Assembly (NCBI RefSeq): GCF_963676685.1
Contig: NC_092346.1
Location: 86,552,001 to 86,616,000 of the forward strand
Reading direction: 5' to 3'
Source of the DNA: Mytilus edulis
Lineage: Eukaryota
DNA length: 64,000 nucleotides
Positions 38,897 through 50,575 of the stretch are shown in pieces. The notes under the pieces are model-generated. The model had not been told where the DNA came from and did no database searches. It saw nothing but the letters and a program-made list of their open reading frames with translations. Position numbers and translations under genes: made by a program. Position 1 is the stretch's first letter. Each line of letters begins with the position of its first letter.

Positions 38897-38918
38897 TGCA
38901 TTGTGGGATTGTTTGCGT
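38897..38918. promoter_or_regulatory. Subterminal inverted repeat containing a ZNF143/Staf-like motif, 35 bp upstream of the YqaJ ATG
   Basis: TGCATTGTGGGA is the reverse complement of TCCCACAATGCA. Confidence 0.5.
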
Positions 38919-39878
38919 CCTTAGTTTCCAGCTGTACAATACATAAAGAAAGATGACTGAGAATAAAAACGTTAAAGATTTAAAACGGGACGAGTTGGGA
39001 GTTTTTTTGCGGGACCGCGGAATTCCATACGCAAGTAGGAACAAAGAGGACAGACTGGTGTTGGCATCAATTGCTGAAAAGAGAAATGTACCCCTGAAAT
39101 CTTCTGTTGATGACGACCTCAAGACAATCATTGAGGAACGGAAGAAGAAGATGGTATTAGAAGATGGGCTCATAAAGCTTCCCGATCCTGTGAAGATGTT
39201 AGCTGGGTGGGAGAATACATTTATTAACTTCCCGAATACATCAGCCACAGATGTGGAAGACTACATAAAGTTGTGTAAGAACAATATTATAAAACTATAC
39301 CCCCCCCCCCTATATTCACTTATAAATATAAAGACATATAAAAGGCACGGACATTTTTTTTTCTAATGGGCAAAACTTGATGTAGGTGCTGTCAAGATTG
39401 TTTTTTTAACAACAATGAGAGCCAGAATAAAACCTAGTTTCCCCCAGAAAATCAAATGGTATATGCCAAAGTGTCAAAGTCATTTAAAAAAAAATAATAA
39501 AAAAAAATACACCATCAATTTCCTATTATATCTTATATATATATAAGGCTTATATTTTTTTCTACATCAGATGCGCATTGTGTCTATACAAGACTCATCA
39601 GTGATGACCAAATCACAATGATTATAATGTCTAATATAGTGAAAAGTTGAAGAAATAAAGAAAAAAAATCCTACAAAATGGAGTTGAAATACACTGTTAA
39701 TGATTTGATTTTCTTATTAGATAAGTGGTGCCCCTAAATCACTATAACTGTAAATTCCAGTAAATTCCAGAGAGTAAATTGTCACTATAGTAAAAGAATC
39801 TTCGACTTGTTGAAGGAGGCTATTATTCGGCAGATGCAGATGCAGAATGGTGCCAAAAAAATCCTGTTACCATACTAA

Positions 39879-40029
39879 GGGAGCTACCATTTGATTTTTA
39901 TGGGTGTAAGGGCTCTTAGAGATGAAATTAAAAAAAAAAGTCAGGACAAATATTTTGAGTAAAAAAAAGGCAGGATGAGCAACTGGACAAAAAAAAACAG
40001 GACAAACTTGTAAAAAAAATTCATCCTAG

Positions 40030-40060
<31 letters not shown>

Positions 40061-40083
40061 ATTAAAATCAAATGGTAGCTCCC
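39879..40083. mobile_element. Tourist/Harbinger-like MITE with a C-run of about 31 nt
   Basis: TAA|GGGAGCTACCATTTGATTTT...AAAATCAAATGGTAGCTCCC|TAA, located in intron 1 of the YqaJ gene. Confidence 0.85.
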
Positions 40084-41377
40084 TAATGTTGGAGCAGACA
40101 ATTTTATGTTGGTATCATATGAAGGAATTTTTCATTTACCAAATAAAGTTTAGGCTGTCTTTGGGTAATATTTGGTAATTTATATCATATTAATGTGAGA
40201 CTTCATTCCACCAGAGTTCAAATGACAAAGAGACATTAATACCGGTAAGCAAAAGGTCTCTATACAACCTTCAACAATGAAAAAAAACATACCACATAAT
40301 CAGGTATAATTTTCATTCTCAATTTTATAAAAATGTGTGACATGACAAATCCAAAACAAGAAAATAAACAACCAAATTTATAAAAATACAGTTTCTTTAA
40401 GAATAAATCTGAGAGACTTGAACAAATGACAATAAGTGAATTACAGGATCCTGACGTACAATATAAGACAGTCAAACTGTTTTATTCGTATACAAATGTG
40501 CATTAAGTTAAATCAGAACAAGGCACTGGGTAACTTGTTTGTTTACATGTACTTTGATTACAACATCCTACAAAAATGAGAAGAAAACTACATGTATTTA
40601 TGTAACAAGTATATATATGTAATAATTTTTACAGGTGCTGAGAACCATAATGTTCAAACAAAAGGAATTAAATCAACAAAAGAAGGAGAAAGTCTATACT
40701 TGTCTGGACACGTCACTGGAGTTGAATACCACCGCATCAGTCCTAATATTTCTTACTGCTACATAAAGGCTATTGTTGCAAGGCAAAAGGCACAGACACA
40801 AGCGCCATATAGTGTTTGGATTATCCTGCATAAGAGAACAGGTAAAGTCGAAAATGCATATTGCAATTGCCCTGCAGGTTTGCGAGGACATTGTAAACAT
40901 TGTGTTTCTTTGTTGCATTTTATAGTTCGGCAAATAGAGGCAGGATGCAACAAAGCATGTACATCCAAACCACAGGAGTGGCACAAACCGCATGCTCAAG
41001 GGAAAAGGGTTACTCAACCTGACTTCGTACGCAATCTTGTTGTGAAAAAAGTAACTGGTAGATTTGATACTACTCCAGAAGATTTGAAAAAAAAGGGAAA
41101 TAAATCAAGATTGGCATTTGACCCTAGAGCAGTTTGCTACAGAAAAGAAAAAACATTGTTAGATTTTGATTTGAAAAAGCTAGAAGACATTACAAATGGA
41201 AATTGTGGTGTTCTACTTTATTCACCAAGAAGTAATATTGAAAAAAATGCTGGGCATCCTGATATCGAAAATATACAAATTGAAGAGGAAGTAGAAACTA
41301 TTTCAAAAACAATACCTGTTCTTGCTAACGAAATTATTGAAGCAAAACAAAACATTAATCAATGTGACTTTGGGGAG

Positions 41378-41910
41378 TATGATGTCTATACCAAATAAAT
41401 ACTAATTCCTTCCGTTCAAATCTCTTTATTCAGGTACGAAAAGATTAACTACAAAATAAAAGATAAAACACACTAAATTCTACTATCAAAACTAACATTT
41501 TGTGAATTATAATACAATACAAAAGTGCATCTATCATAACATTTACGGTAGTGACATACACTTGTTCTCATTCAAAAATGTAATATCATGAACATTTACG
41601 GTAAATAATTGCCAAATTATCAAGTTCAACTTTCATCGGTTTTAAATCAATTAAACTCAAAATTTCTAACTTTAAACATGAAAGATAATTTATCTGTAAT
41701 AAATAAAAGAAACATACCATATTGGTTGACTCTGGTATTCCTAATTTTCATCATAATCTAAGATTTTCACCAAGCACGTTTCGTGCAAATTCCCTGAAGG
41801 GGTTCATTTAAGTAAAGGGAAAGTAACTTGTCTTAAAATAGAATATCACTAATTACCAAAAAATACAACAATAGGCAACAATGGTTTTGTTCTCAAATTT
41901 GGCCGCTACA
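41378..41910 (-). repeat. 3' LTR of the BEL element
   Basis: Direct repeat of 48238-48770, adjacent to the polypurine tract. Confidence 0.95.
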
Positions 41911-42086
41911 TTCCAGCCCCTTAATTGTGGTCTTAAAGAACTCAATTATCAAAAATTATAATAAGGCCAAATAATTTCCCAATTTAAGTGACAATCAATA
42001 ACTAAACCTTTATATAGTCCATTTATACAACAAAGTACTTTCAAACACAAGTTACTGTTCTAACATGACTAGTTCAAACTATGACT

Positions 42087-45000
42087 CTAAATATCAGCTT
42101 CTAATACCAAACACAACTTTGCGACTGGTCGTAATAATGTTGTTGAATATGTTTTTAGCCTCACTATACGAACATTGTCTGACTTGTCCTTTAGTACTTC
42201 AATGATTCTTCCTAAGTTCCAAAGATTCCTCGGTGTATTATCCTGGATCAATACAATGTCTCCTATTTTCAAGTTTCGCTTTTCAGAGTTCCACTTTTGC
42301 CTACTTTGTAATAAAGGCAAATACTCATGAGTCCATCTCTTCCAGAAAATGTCTGCTAGATATTGTATTTGTCGCCAACGTCTTCTTACGTAATTGTCTG
42401 TCTTACAAAAAGTTCCTGGAGGAAAGTATTCGCCAGGTCTTAATAAGAGAAGATGGTTCGGAGTAAGCACCTTTAAATCGTCTACGTGTTCAGATACTTC
42501 AGAAATCGGACGGTTATTCAAGATTGCTTCCACTTCACAAAACAATGTATTCAGATTTTCATCGTTCAATCGAAGACTCTGCTCTTGCATGACAGAATAT
42601 AACACCTTTCTTACTGATCTTATTAATCTCTCCCACACGCCTCCAAAGTGTGACGCGGCAGGAGGGTTGAATGCCCATTTTATACTTTTCTGAAGCATGA
42701 AATTATTTATCTTGTCTATGTTCCATCTTTCTATTTCTTCTCTCATTTCTCTTTCTGCTCCAACTAGATTTGTTCCGTTATCTGATCTTATGAATTCTGG
42801 CTTTCCTCTGCGAGATATCAAACGTCTGATTGCGTTTATACAAGAATCTGTATCCATAGAATGTGCGATTTCCAAGTGAACGGCACGAATGGAGAGACAT
42901 GTAAAGATAACCCCATATCGTTTCACTAAACTTCTTCCTTGTTTGATCTGAAACGGTCCAAAAAAGTCCATTCCAACCATCGTAAATGGTGGTTTATCGG
43001 ATATAAGTCTCTCCTTTGGTAAATTAGCCATTTTTTGGTCAACAAATGGTGCACAGTACTTCCTACAGATTACACATTTTGATACTATTCCTTTAATCAT
43101 AGAGCTAGCACCAATAATCCAAAATGTTTGCCTTAGTTGCGCCAGAATTGAGTTTTTACCCAAGTGTCCTACTGAACGGTGAATGTCTTCAATGATCAAC
43201 TTTGAAATGTTAGAGTCTTTCGGTAATAATATTGGATGTTTCGCATCATACGGTAAATCAGCACGCTCTAATCTTCCTCCTACTCTTAACAAACCATTCT
43301 CGTCTATAAATGGATTAAGTTTGAAGAGTTTAGATGACTTCTTTAACACTTTACCTCGGTCTATATTTTGAAGTACATGTATTTCTTCTTCAAAGTGAAC
43401 ACTTTGTTCATATTTAATGATAGCCATTTCTGATCTATTAAGAGTTTCAGTTGTCGGTAACGTGATCTGAACATCTTTCGTTACTCCGTTCAATGATTTT
43501 CTAACTGTTCGTTCATTCTGATTATCCACTGAGTTCTCACCTTCTGACTGACGTCTGTTTCTTATCTGTTTTCTTTCCTTAACAAGTTTCCTAAAGTTGT
43601 CCAACGCAATAAATAACCAACTAGTTATTTTCTTCAGTTTCTTCCATTCTGAGAATAGAGAGAACAGTCTATCTAATCCGTGATGTTCGCTTGACAATAT
43701 TGTAGTGTTAACGACTCGTTTCACTTCTTTATCTTCATCAATAATAGTCTTGTCTATGCGCCCTTCTGGCCATTCTATTTCTGGTTTCCAAAGATACTCT
43801 GGTCCATTGAACCAGTCTGGGTTTGATTCAAACTTTGAAACTGACATTCCCCTAGATGCATAATCGGCGGGATTAAGCTTTGTATTTATATACTTCCACT
43901 GATCAACAATTGTAGCTTCATGAATGATTTCTAAGCGGTTTGCAACGAAAGTGTGGAAACGTATATTCTGATTGCTGATATAGCGTAATACTGACATACT
44001 GTCTGTCCAAAAGAATGTTTTGTCTATGCTGTAGTTTAACTCCTCTAATATTACTTTACTTAGTTTTACTGCTCGTGTTGCGGCTGTAAGTTCCATCCTA
44101 GGTATAGTTACCTTTTTCAATGGTGCTACCCGAGACTTGCCGAGTACAAAAGAACAATGAATCATACCTTCATCATCAACAAGGCGTAAATAAAATACCA
44201 TTCCGTAGCCAATTTCACTAGCATCAGAAAAGCAATGAAGCTGAGATGAAACAACCTTTCCAAAGTTTTCAGGTTTATAGCACCTGTCTATTCTCACGTT
44301 CTCAAGGTCAGAAAGCTGATCTAACCAATCGTTCCATTTCTTTAAATCAGGTCCTGTAAGTTCTTTATCCCAACTAAACCCTTGTCTACACAAACCCTGT
44401 AGAATAGATTTCGCATTCAGCACGTACGGCGATATAATTCCTAAAGGATCGTATACTGAACTAGTGATTGAAAGAATACTTCTTCTAGTCGCTATCATTT
44501 CTTTGCACTTAATTCTGAATCCAAGAGTGTCAGTCTCTATAAACCATTGCACGCCTAATGCACGTTCAACCGGGAGGTCATCCTCAAGACTCCACTGCTT
44601 GACCTCTTTGGCACGCTCCTCCTCTGGTATCGATTTAATTACGAGTGGGCTGTTACTGATCCATTTTGTCATATGAAATCCACCCTTTTCACACAAAGAA
44701 GTCACGTTCTTTATCAACGATATTGCTTCAATGTCAGTCGATAATGACGAAAGACAATCATCAACATACATGCTCTTAGTTATTGTGTGTGCTACTTCTT
44801 TGTCGTAATGTTCACCGAAGTCTTCAGCTGTTCTTTTTAGCGCATAGTTACAGCAACTTGGTGATGATGTGGCACCGAACAAATGCACGGTCATTCTATA
44901 CTGTTCCGGTTCATTCTCCATGTTACCGTTTGGCCACCAAAAGAATCTTAAACAGTCTCTATCAAGTGGTGGCACTTTCACCTGGTGAAACATAGCTTCT

Positions 45001-48000
45001 ATATCTCCTAAAATTGCTACTTTCTCTTCACGGAATCTTATGAGAACACCTAGTAGGTTATTAGTGAGATCTGGTCCCTGTAAGAGTTGTTTATTCAGAG
45101 ACACACCCATATATGTAGCTGAACAGTCAAACACAATTCTAATTTTGTCTGGTTTCTGACTGTGGTAAACACCATGATGCGGGATATACCATACTCGTCC
45201 ATCGTTTCTGCTGAACTGTTCCTTTGGGACGTGTTCCATGTAACCTCTTTCTAACAGTTTGTCCATAAAATCAGTATAGTCCTGTTTGAATTTAGGATTC
45301 TTTATAAACTTGTTCTTAAGACTTCTCAATCGCTGCTGGCCCTGGGAAGCATTATTCGGCAGTTTCACATTGCTGTCACGGAAGGGTAGCGGAATGTAGT
45401 ACTGTCCCTTCTCAAAATGAATATTCTTATTCACATAATCTAAGAAAGAATTGTCGTCTACTGAGTTTTCTCTCTTGTCATCTATAATGCGTTCAGGAAA
45501 ATCAAAGTTCATAGATTTTTCAACTAACTCGTTAAGCCTTGAATGCTCTTCTTCATGAATCGCAGACATCTCTACTCGATTAACGACTTTATTAGTTCCT
45601 GTACATTCTCGTATCATGTTCCATATAATCCATCCCAATCTAGTGCGTGTGGCATGTGGGGATCCACTTGGTCCTGTTGCTACCTCAAATGGTGTGTAGG
45701 CATCTGGGACATTATTGCCTATCATAAGTCCAATACTAGCATCAAGGTTAGGCCATTTAATTCCCGACAAGTGACTCCATTTCGAGATTTCTTCTTGTTT
45801 CGGAATGTGATCCACTGAAACTGGCATCTCATCCTTTGTATAGACTCTTGGAAGTTCTACAACGTCATTCATTTCTAGGTCCAATACTTGTAATCCAGAA
45901 ACTGCATAAGTTGTCATCTTATACGGTTCACCCATGGTATTCAGTGTAATCTGCATTCTTTTACCATTTCCACCTAGCTTGTGCAACAGATTTTCTGTAC
46001 AGAATGATACGCTACTTCCTGAATCAAAAAATGCGTATGTCTCTACACAAGGTGCTTTATTCTTCAGTTTTACCCTTACTGGTATTATAGCCATTGCACA
46101 TGACATATCTCCAGCCCCTACTTGGCTGTTATTATCTGATAAATAGCTTGTGCACGCGCTAGTCTTGTTTTCCACTTCTGTCGAACTTTCACTCTGTTTC
46201 ATTGGTGTAACATCTCTTGGTACTTTGTCTTTGTCGTGAAGTAAAGTCGGATGTCTTTTGTTACAAATGAGGCATGTGGCTCTCATTTTACAGTTAACTG
46301 TCCTGTGTCCTATTTTGAGGCAACCAAAACAATGACCTTTGCTCTTTAAATGTTCATAACGGTTTCTAATACTCAAAGATAGTATGCTTTTGCAATCTTC
46401 TAATTTATGACAGTTTCCACAGTAGGTACATTTCAGTTCATTTACATGCTTATCATGTTCGTTTTTAACGTCTGTGGCAAAGCTCATTCTTTGAGTCTGT
46501 TTCGATTTGTTATCAGTCACATTTTTAGCCTTCTGGTCTCTTGTATTATTCTGTTTTGCAGAAACCGCTATATTACCATAAGTTGGGTCATTGGCCTTTT
46601 TAGCTTCCTGTTTAACAAACTGCACAAAATGTGTAAATGTTACTGACTCTTTCTTTTCCTTTGTTCGCATAACTACATTTCTCCATCGATCATGAAAGTA
46701 GAATGGTAATTTAATCATTAGTCGTTTAATGTTCTCGGAGTATTCCAGAATACGCATAGCTTCCATGCTTACAGCTGCATTTTCACATTCAATCAAAAAT
46801 AAAGAGAAATCATCAAGTGACTTTGAATCTCCAGCTTGTATGGTAGGCCACTCTAGTGCTCTTTTAATGAATGCATTTGCAATAACTTCTGTATCTCCGT
46901 ATCTTTCTTCTAACTGTTTGATTGCTGCACTATATGCATGTTCACCTATTAAATGGCTGAATCCACTTACTACTTTGCTTGCTTCGCCATATGTAAATTG
47001 TTCCAAATAAGTCATTTTCTCCTCCTCGTTATCTGTATTTGCAACTATTCTTGCTTGAAATTGTCTATAAAACTTTCTGTATTCTAAAGGGTTTCCTCCA
47101 AATTTCTTAATATCAGGTGTAGGTTTTCGTAAGTGTTTCACTACTGCAGACATACTATTTTCCGCTATATTGCTATTTTCCACTGTATTAGTCTGAATAT
47201 TGTTCATATTTTCATCATGTTTAATGCTGGATTTTACAGTCCTAATATGTTCATTTTTAGGTTCTTGCAAATGTGTGTTGTTTGAGGTAGATATAATTTT
47301 ATTGACCTGTAGGGCTTTAACTGGTCTAGTATCGAGTACTTCTTTTATCTCGTTCTTTGGTACAAACGGTTTTGCCATTACGTTATAATTCACAGCTGTT
47401 TTTTGTGCATTGTCAGATTTCTTTGGTTTTGATTGTACTTTCGAAACGTGAGTACTACATGTACTATTTGATTCAGATTCAAGATTTTCATACTTGTCTA
47501 ATAATTTTGTTTTTGCGTCTGCTATAGCTATATCAGTGTCAAGTTGCAATTCTTCTTCTTCTAATTTTAATTTTAACTTTGCTAACTCAATGTCTTTCTT
47601 TCTTTTAAGTGCTGCCAATTTTGTCTCTAATTCAACTCGTTTTTGTTCTTCTTTTAACCTTTGCGATGATAAACTTGATCTTGAAAGTGATGATCGTTTA
47701 CTAATTACACTTTTTGACCTCTGTGTTTGTTTATTTTCTTCGCGGATAGCGTTGAAATAATTTTCTATTGATCTCTTGATCTCACGTAAAGATTCATCTC
47801 TTTCTTGGAAAACCATCATATATGATTCTTTGTCTTCCTCATGACCTATCTTAGGCATAATGTTTTGGTGTTGTTCTAAGAACATCTCATATTTGTCCAT
47901 CCATATTGAATACTTCCCTTTGATTGTATCATATGGTGCTTTATCTGCTATTAGATCAATAATGTTTTCAGAAAGACGATTTAAGCCACCGTAACTATGG

Positions 48001-48221
48001 GCAAGCTTATCAAATTCGTATTGTTGTCCTTTTTCTGATAATGTTCTTGCTCTGGCACCATCTACATGTTCTGATTCCAAACTACATGTAGTCGTACTGG
48101 TCGTTTCTTCCGTTTCATTTGTGTCCTTTATATTTGCACTTTCTTCAATTACATTTGTGTCTATTATATTTGCACTTTCTTCATCTTTAGTAGCTTTGGT
48201 GTCGCTTTCTGTTAAATCCAT
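42087..48221 (-). CDS. BEL/Pao gag-pol polyprotein (Gag, three zinc knuckles, aspartic protease, RT, RNase H, integrase), 2044 aa
   Basis: Uninterrupted ORF with CFGCLKIGH, FFDSGS, WYIPHHGV, MYVDD, FSDAS, integrase HHCC and MDFFGP/SDNGTN/VWERLI. Confidence 0.96.
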   Translation of the reverse strand: MDLTESDTKATKDEESANIIDTNVIEESANIKDTNETEETTSTTTCSLESEHVDGARARTLSEKGQQYEFDKLAHSYGGLNRLSENIIDLIADKAPYDTIKGKYSIWMDKYEMFLEQHQNIMPKIGHEEDKESYMMVFQERDESLREIKRSIENYFNAIREENKQTQRSKSVISKRSSLSRSSLSSQRLKEEQKRVELETKLAALKRKKDIELAKLKLKLEEEELQLDTDIAIADAKTKLLDKYENLESESNSTCSTHVSKVQSKPKKSDNAQKTAVNYNVMAKPFVPKNEIKEVLDTRPVKALQVNKIISTSNNTHLQEPKNEHIRTVKSSIKHDENMNNIQTNTVENSNIAENSMSAVVKHLRKPTPDIKKFGGNPLEYRKFYRQFQARIVANTDNEEEKMTYLEQFTYGEASKVVSGFSHLIGEHAYSAAIKQLEERYGDTEVIANAFIKRALEWPTIQAGDSKSLDDFSLFLIECENAAVSMEAMRILEYSENIKRLMIKLPFYFHDRWRNVVMRTKEKKESVTFTHFVQFVKQEAKKANDPTYGNIAVSAKQNNTRDQKAKNVTDNKSKQTQRMSFATDVKNEHDKHVNELKCTYCGNCHKLEDCKSILSLSIRNRYEHLKSKGHCFGCLKIGHRTVNCKMRATCLICNKRHPTLLHDKDKVPRDVTPMKQSESSTEVENKTSACTSYLSDNNSQVGAGDMSCAMAIIPVRVKLKNKAPCVETYAFFDSGSSVSFCTENLLHKLGGNGKRMQITLNTMGEPYKMTTYAVSGLQVLDLEMNDVVELPRVYTKDEMPVSVDHIPKQEEISKWSHLSGIKWPNLDASIGLMIGNNVPDAYTPFEVATGPSGSPHATRTRLGWIIWNMIRECTGTNKVVNRVEMSAIHEEEHSRLNELVEKSMNFDFPERIIDDKRENSVDDNSFLDYVNKNIHFEKGQYYIPLPFRDSNVKLPNNASQGQQRLRSLKNKFIKNPKFKQDYTDFMDKLLERGYMEHVPKEQFSRNDGRVWYIPHHGVYHSQKPDKIRIVFDCSATYMGVSLNKQLLQGPDLTNNLLGVLIRFREEKVAILGDIEAMFHQVKVPPLDRDCLRFFWWPNGNMENEPEQYRMTVHLFGATSSPSCCNYALKRTAEDFGEHYDKEVAHTITKSMYVDDCLSSLSTDIEAISLIKNVTSLCEKGGFHMTKWISNSPLVIKSIPEEERAKEVKQWSLEDDLPVERALGVQWFIETDTLGFRIKCKEMIATRRSILSITSSVYDPLGIISPYVLNAKSILQGLCRQGFSWDKELTGPDLKKWNDWLDQLSDLENVRIDRCYKPENFGKVVSSQLHCFSDASEIGYGMVFYLRLVDDEGMIHCSFVLGKSRVAPLKKVTIPRMELTAATRAVKLSKVILEELNYSIDKTFFWTDSMSVLRYISNQNIRFHTFVANRLEIIHEATIVDQWKYINTKLNPADYASRGMSVSKFESNPDWFNGPEYLWKPEIEWPEGRIDKTIIDEDKEVKRVVNTTILSSEHHGLDRLFSLFSEWKKLKKITSWLFIALDNFRKLVKERKQIRNRRQSEGENSVDNQNERTVRKSLNGVTKDVQITLPTTETLNRSEMAIIKYEQSVHFEEEIHVLQNIDRGKVLKKSSKLFKLNPFIDENGLLRVGGRLERADLPYDAKHPILLPKDSNISKLIIEDIHRSVGHLGKNSILAQLRQTFWIIGASSMIKGIVSKCVICRKYCAPFVDQKMANLPKERLISDKPPFTMVGMDFFGPFQIKQGRSLVKRYGVIFTCLSIRAVHLEIAHSMDTDSCINAIRRLISRRGKPEFIRSDNGTNLVGAEREMREEIERWNIDKINNFMLQKSIKWAFNPPAASHFGGVWERLIRSVRKVLYSVMQEQSLRLNDENLNTLFCEVEAILNNRPISEVSEHVDDLKVLTPNHLLLLRPGEYFPPGTFCKTDNYVRRRWRQIQYLADIFWKRWTHEYLPLLQSRQKWNSEKRNLKIGDIVLIQDNTPRNLWNLGRIIEVLKDKSDNVRIVRLKTYSTTLLRPVAKLCLVLEADI

Positions 48222-48237
48222 GTCAATATGTTAATGA

Positions 48238-48770
48238 TATGATGTCTATACCAAATAAATACTAATTCCTTCCGTTCAAATCTCTTTATTCAGGTACGAA
48301 AAGATTAACTACAAAATAAAAGATAAAACACACTAAATTCTACTATCAAAACTAACATTTTGTGAATTATAATACAATACAAAAGTGCATCTATCATAAC
48401 ATTTACGGTAGTGACATACACTTGTTCTCATTCAAAAATGTAATATCATGAACATTTACGGTAAATAATTGCCAAATTATCAAGTTCAACTTTCATCGGT
48501 TTTAAATCAATTAAACTCAAAATTTCTAACTTTAAACATGAAAGATAATTTATCTGTAATAAATAAAAGAAACATACCATATTGGTTGACTCTGGTATTC
48601 CTAATTTTCATCATAATCTAAGATTTTCACCAAGCACGTTTCGTGCAAATTCCCTGAAGGGGTTCATTTAAGTAAAGGGAAAGTAACTTGTCTTAAAATA
48701 GAATATCACTAATTACCAAAAAATACAACAATAGGCAACAATGGTTTTGTTCTCAAATTTGGCCGCTACA
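48238..48770 (-). repeat. 5' LTR of the BEL element
   Basis: Direct repeat of 41378-41910; begins TGTAGCGGCC on the minus strand. Confidence 0.95.
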
Positions 48771-50575
48771 GGGAGGAACTCCTGTTAAATCTTGATAATT
48801 CAATAACAGATGAAACGGTTGACTATGTTGTCCGCAAAACCTGCAAACAAAGCAGTTCAAAAATATGGTTTGATCACAGGATTGGACGCATAACTGCATC
48901 AGTGGCAAATGAATGTTCAAAAAAAGTTAATGAAAAAAATAACTCTGTTGTTGCGAAAATTTTCAATTATAAAAGTGCACCGGCTTATGTTAAATCCTTG
49001 AAATGGGGAAGAGAAAGAGAATTACCAGCAATAAAAGAATATGAAAAAAATGCAAAAGGCAAACACAAAGATTTCAATGTACAAAGCACAGGGCTTCACA
49101 TTTGCAAAGAAAATCCTTGGTTGGCAGCCACACCAGACAGTTTAATAATATGTGATTGTTGTGGTCTTGGATGTTTAGAAATTAAAAATCCTGAAAAATA
49201 TAAAAATGACACAATTCAACAAATGGCAACCTCAGACCAATCTTATTTAAATTATTCTGACAATAAACAAATCAGTCTTGACAAAAAACATCAATATTAT
49301 ACTCAAGTACAAATTCAGATGTATGCTACACATACTAAATATGCTGATTTTGTGGTAAAAACAGTTGCAGCAGATGACAACATTTTTATTCAAAGGATTG
49401 ACTATGATGAAATTTTTACCATGAATGTAATACATAAATGCAAAGTTTTTTTCACCAAAGTTATCGTTCAGGAATTGTTAACACATAAAGTAAAATTGTA
49501 CTATGAAAAACTTCAAAATAATGAACAAAACAGCGATCAAGTTTTCACAAATTCTAATTTAGAAATTAATGAAGTTGTCCAAGAAGTTGACACTGGCAGT
49601 GCTACTACATGTATGAATGAAGATAATACTGACATACATGTACCTTCTTCTAATCCAGCTGTTGTATGTCCAATCTGCAGCTGTGAATGTAAAGACGAGC
49701 CTTTGACTTTAAATGAAGAAAGTATTTGTTGCTCAAAATGTGACTTTTGGTTTCATTACCCATGTGTTGGAATAAAAGGGAATGAAAATGTTGTGAGGTC
49801 AAAATATAGAAATTGGTTTTGTAAGAGTTGCAAAGGCAAAAAATGATTTTTCTAAATATAAAGAATTTATATATATTTAATTATATATATTAATTTGTTA
49901 CAGGTTTACTGTACATTGTACACACTTTAATAATACAATGTAACACATGCAGGACTTTCAACAATATTTTTAGAAGGTAAAATGATAGGTGTACAAGTCA
50001 AAATACAAACAATTATATACAACTTCATGTATTTCTATCAATACATCATCCTTGTAAGTTGTGTTAGTATTGAAAAAAATAATTGAAAATGTGGGGAAAG
50101 GGAGATAATCTGAATCCACAATAAAAGTCATATTACTTCACACAGATTTTTTCAACTGGCTTTTCCAAACTTCTGTAAATTTGATTTTTTTTTAAATTTA
50201 AGACTTTTATTTTGTCTTGAAAAAATGTTCATTTCATTGAATATTTTCAAATTAAAAATTTGTGAAAGAACAATATGCTTTAAAAAAAATTGTTCATTGT
50301 TTTGTATTTCTTATTATTTTACACATTAAATTAGACATGTATTTGTTGCTGTCATATATAAACTGTACAGTGAATTAATAAAATTTTGCAGTAGTATATG
50401 AACATGAATGCAAATTATGGATAAAAATAACATGTGGTATGAGTGCCAAAGGCAATGAGACAATATCAAAGTCAAAATGCATTTAAATTTAGCAATTATA
50501 GCTCACAGTACGGCCTTTAACACAGAGCATTGGGCTGGCATGACTGATCATATAGATGTACTTCATAGCTATTCA

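Larger units (their letters stand above)
41378..48770 (-). mobile_element. Full-length BEL/Pao LTR retrotransposon, 7393 bp
   Basis: 533-bp LTRs at 41378-41910 and 48238-48770 that look identical by eye. 5-bp TSD GGGAG at 41373-41377 and 48771-48775. Polypurine tract GGGGCTGGAA at 41911-41920. One long ORF. Confidence 0.96.
38953..49846 (+). pseudogene. SAP-like + SWIM + YqaJ (lambda-exonuclease, PD-(D/E)XK) + PHD finger protein of ISL2EU no.1, interrupted by a BEL element (711 aa when rejoined)
   Basis: Exon 38953-39274, then 40635-41377, resuming in frame at 48776-49846 once the insertion and one GGGAG are removed. SWIM CNCPAG..CKH; YqaJ W..HRIGRITAS, LAATPD, LEIK, YYTQVQ; PHD CPIC..CSKCDFWFHYPC..WFCKSC. 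Confidence 0.88.

Noticed and set aside
42233-47760. Many short + strand ORFs
   Set aside because: They are antisense shadows of the BEL polyprotein.
48902-49846. Phage or prophage YqaJ recombinase, or bacterial contamination
   Set aside because: The gene has a spliceosomal intron, SWIM and PHD domains, and lies within eukaryotic transposon ends.
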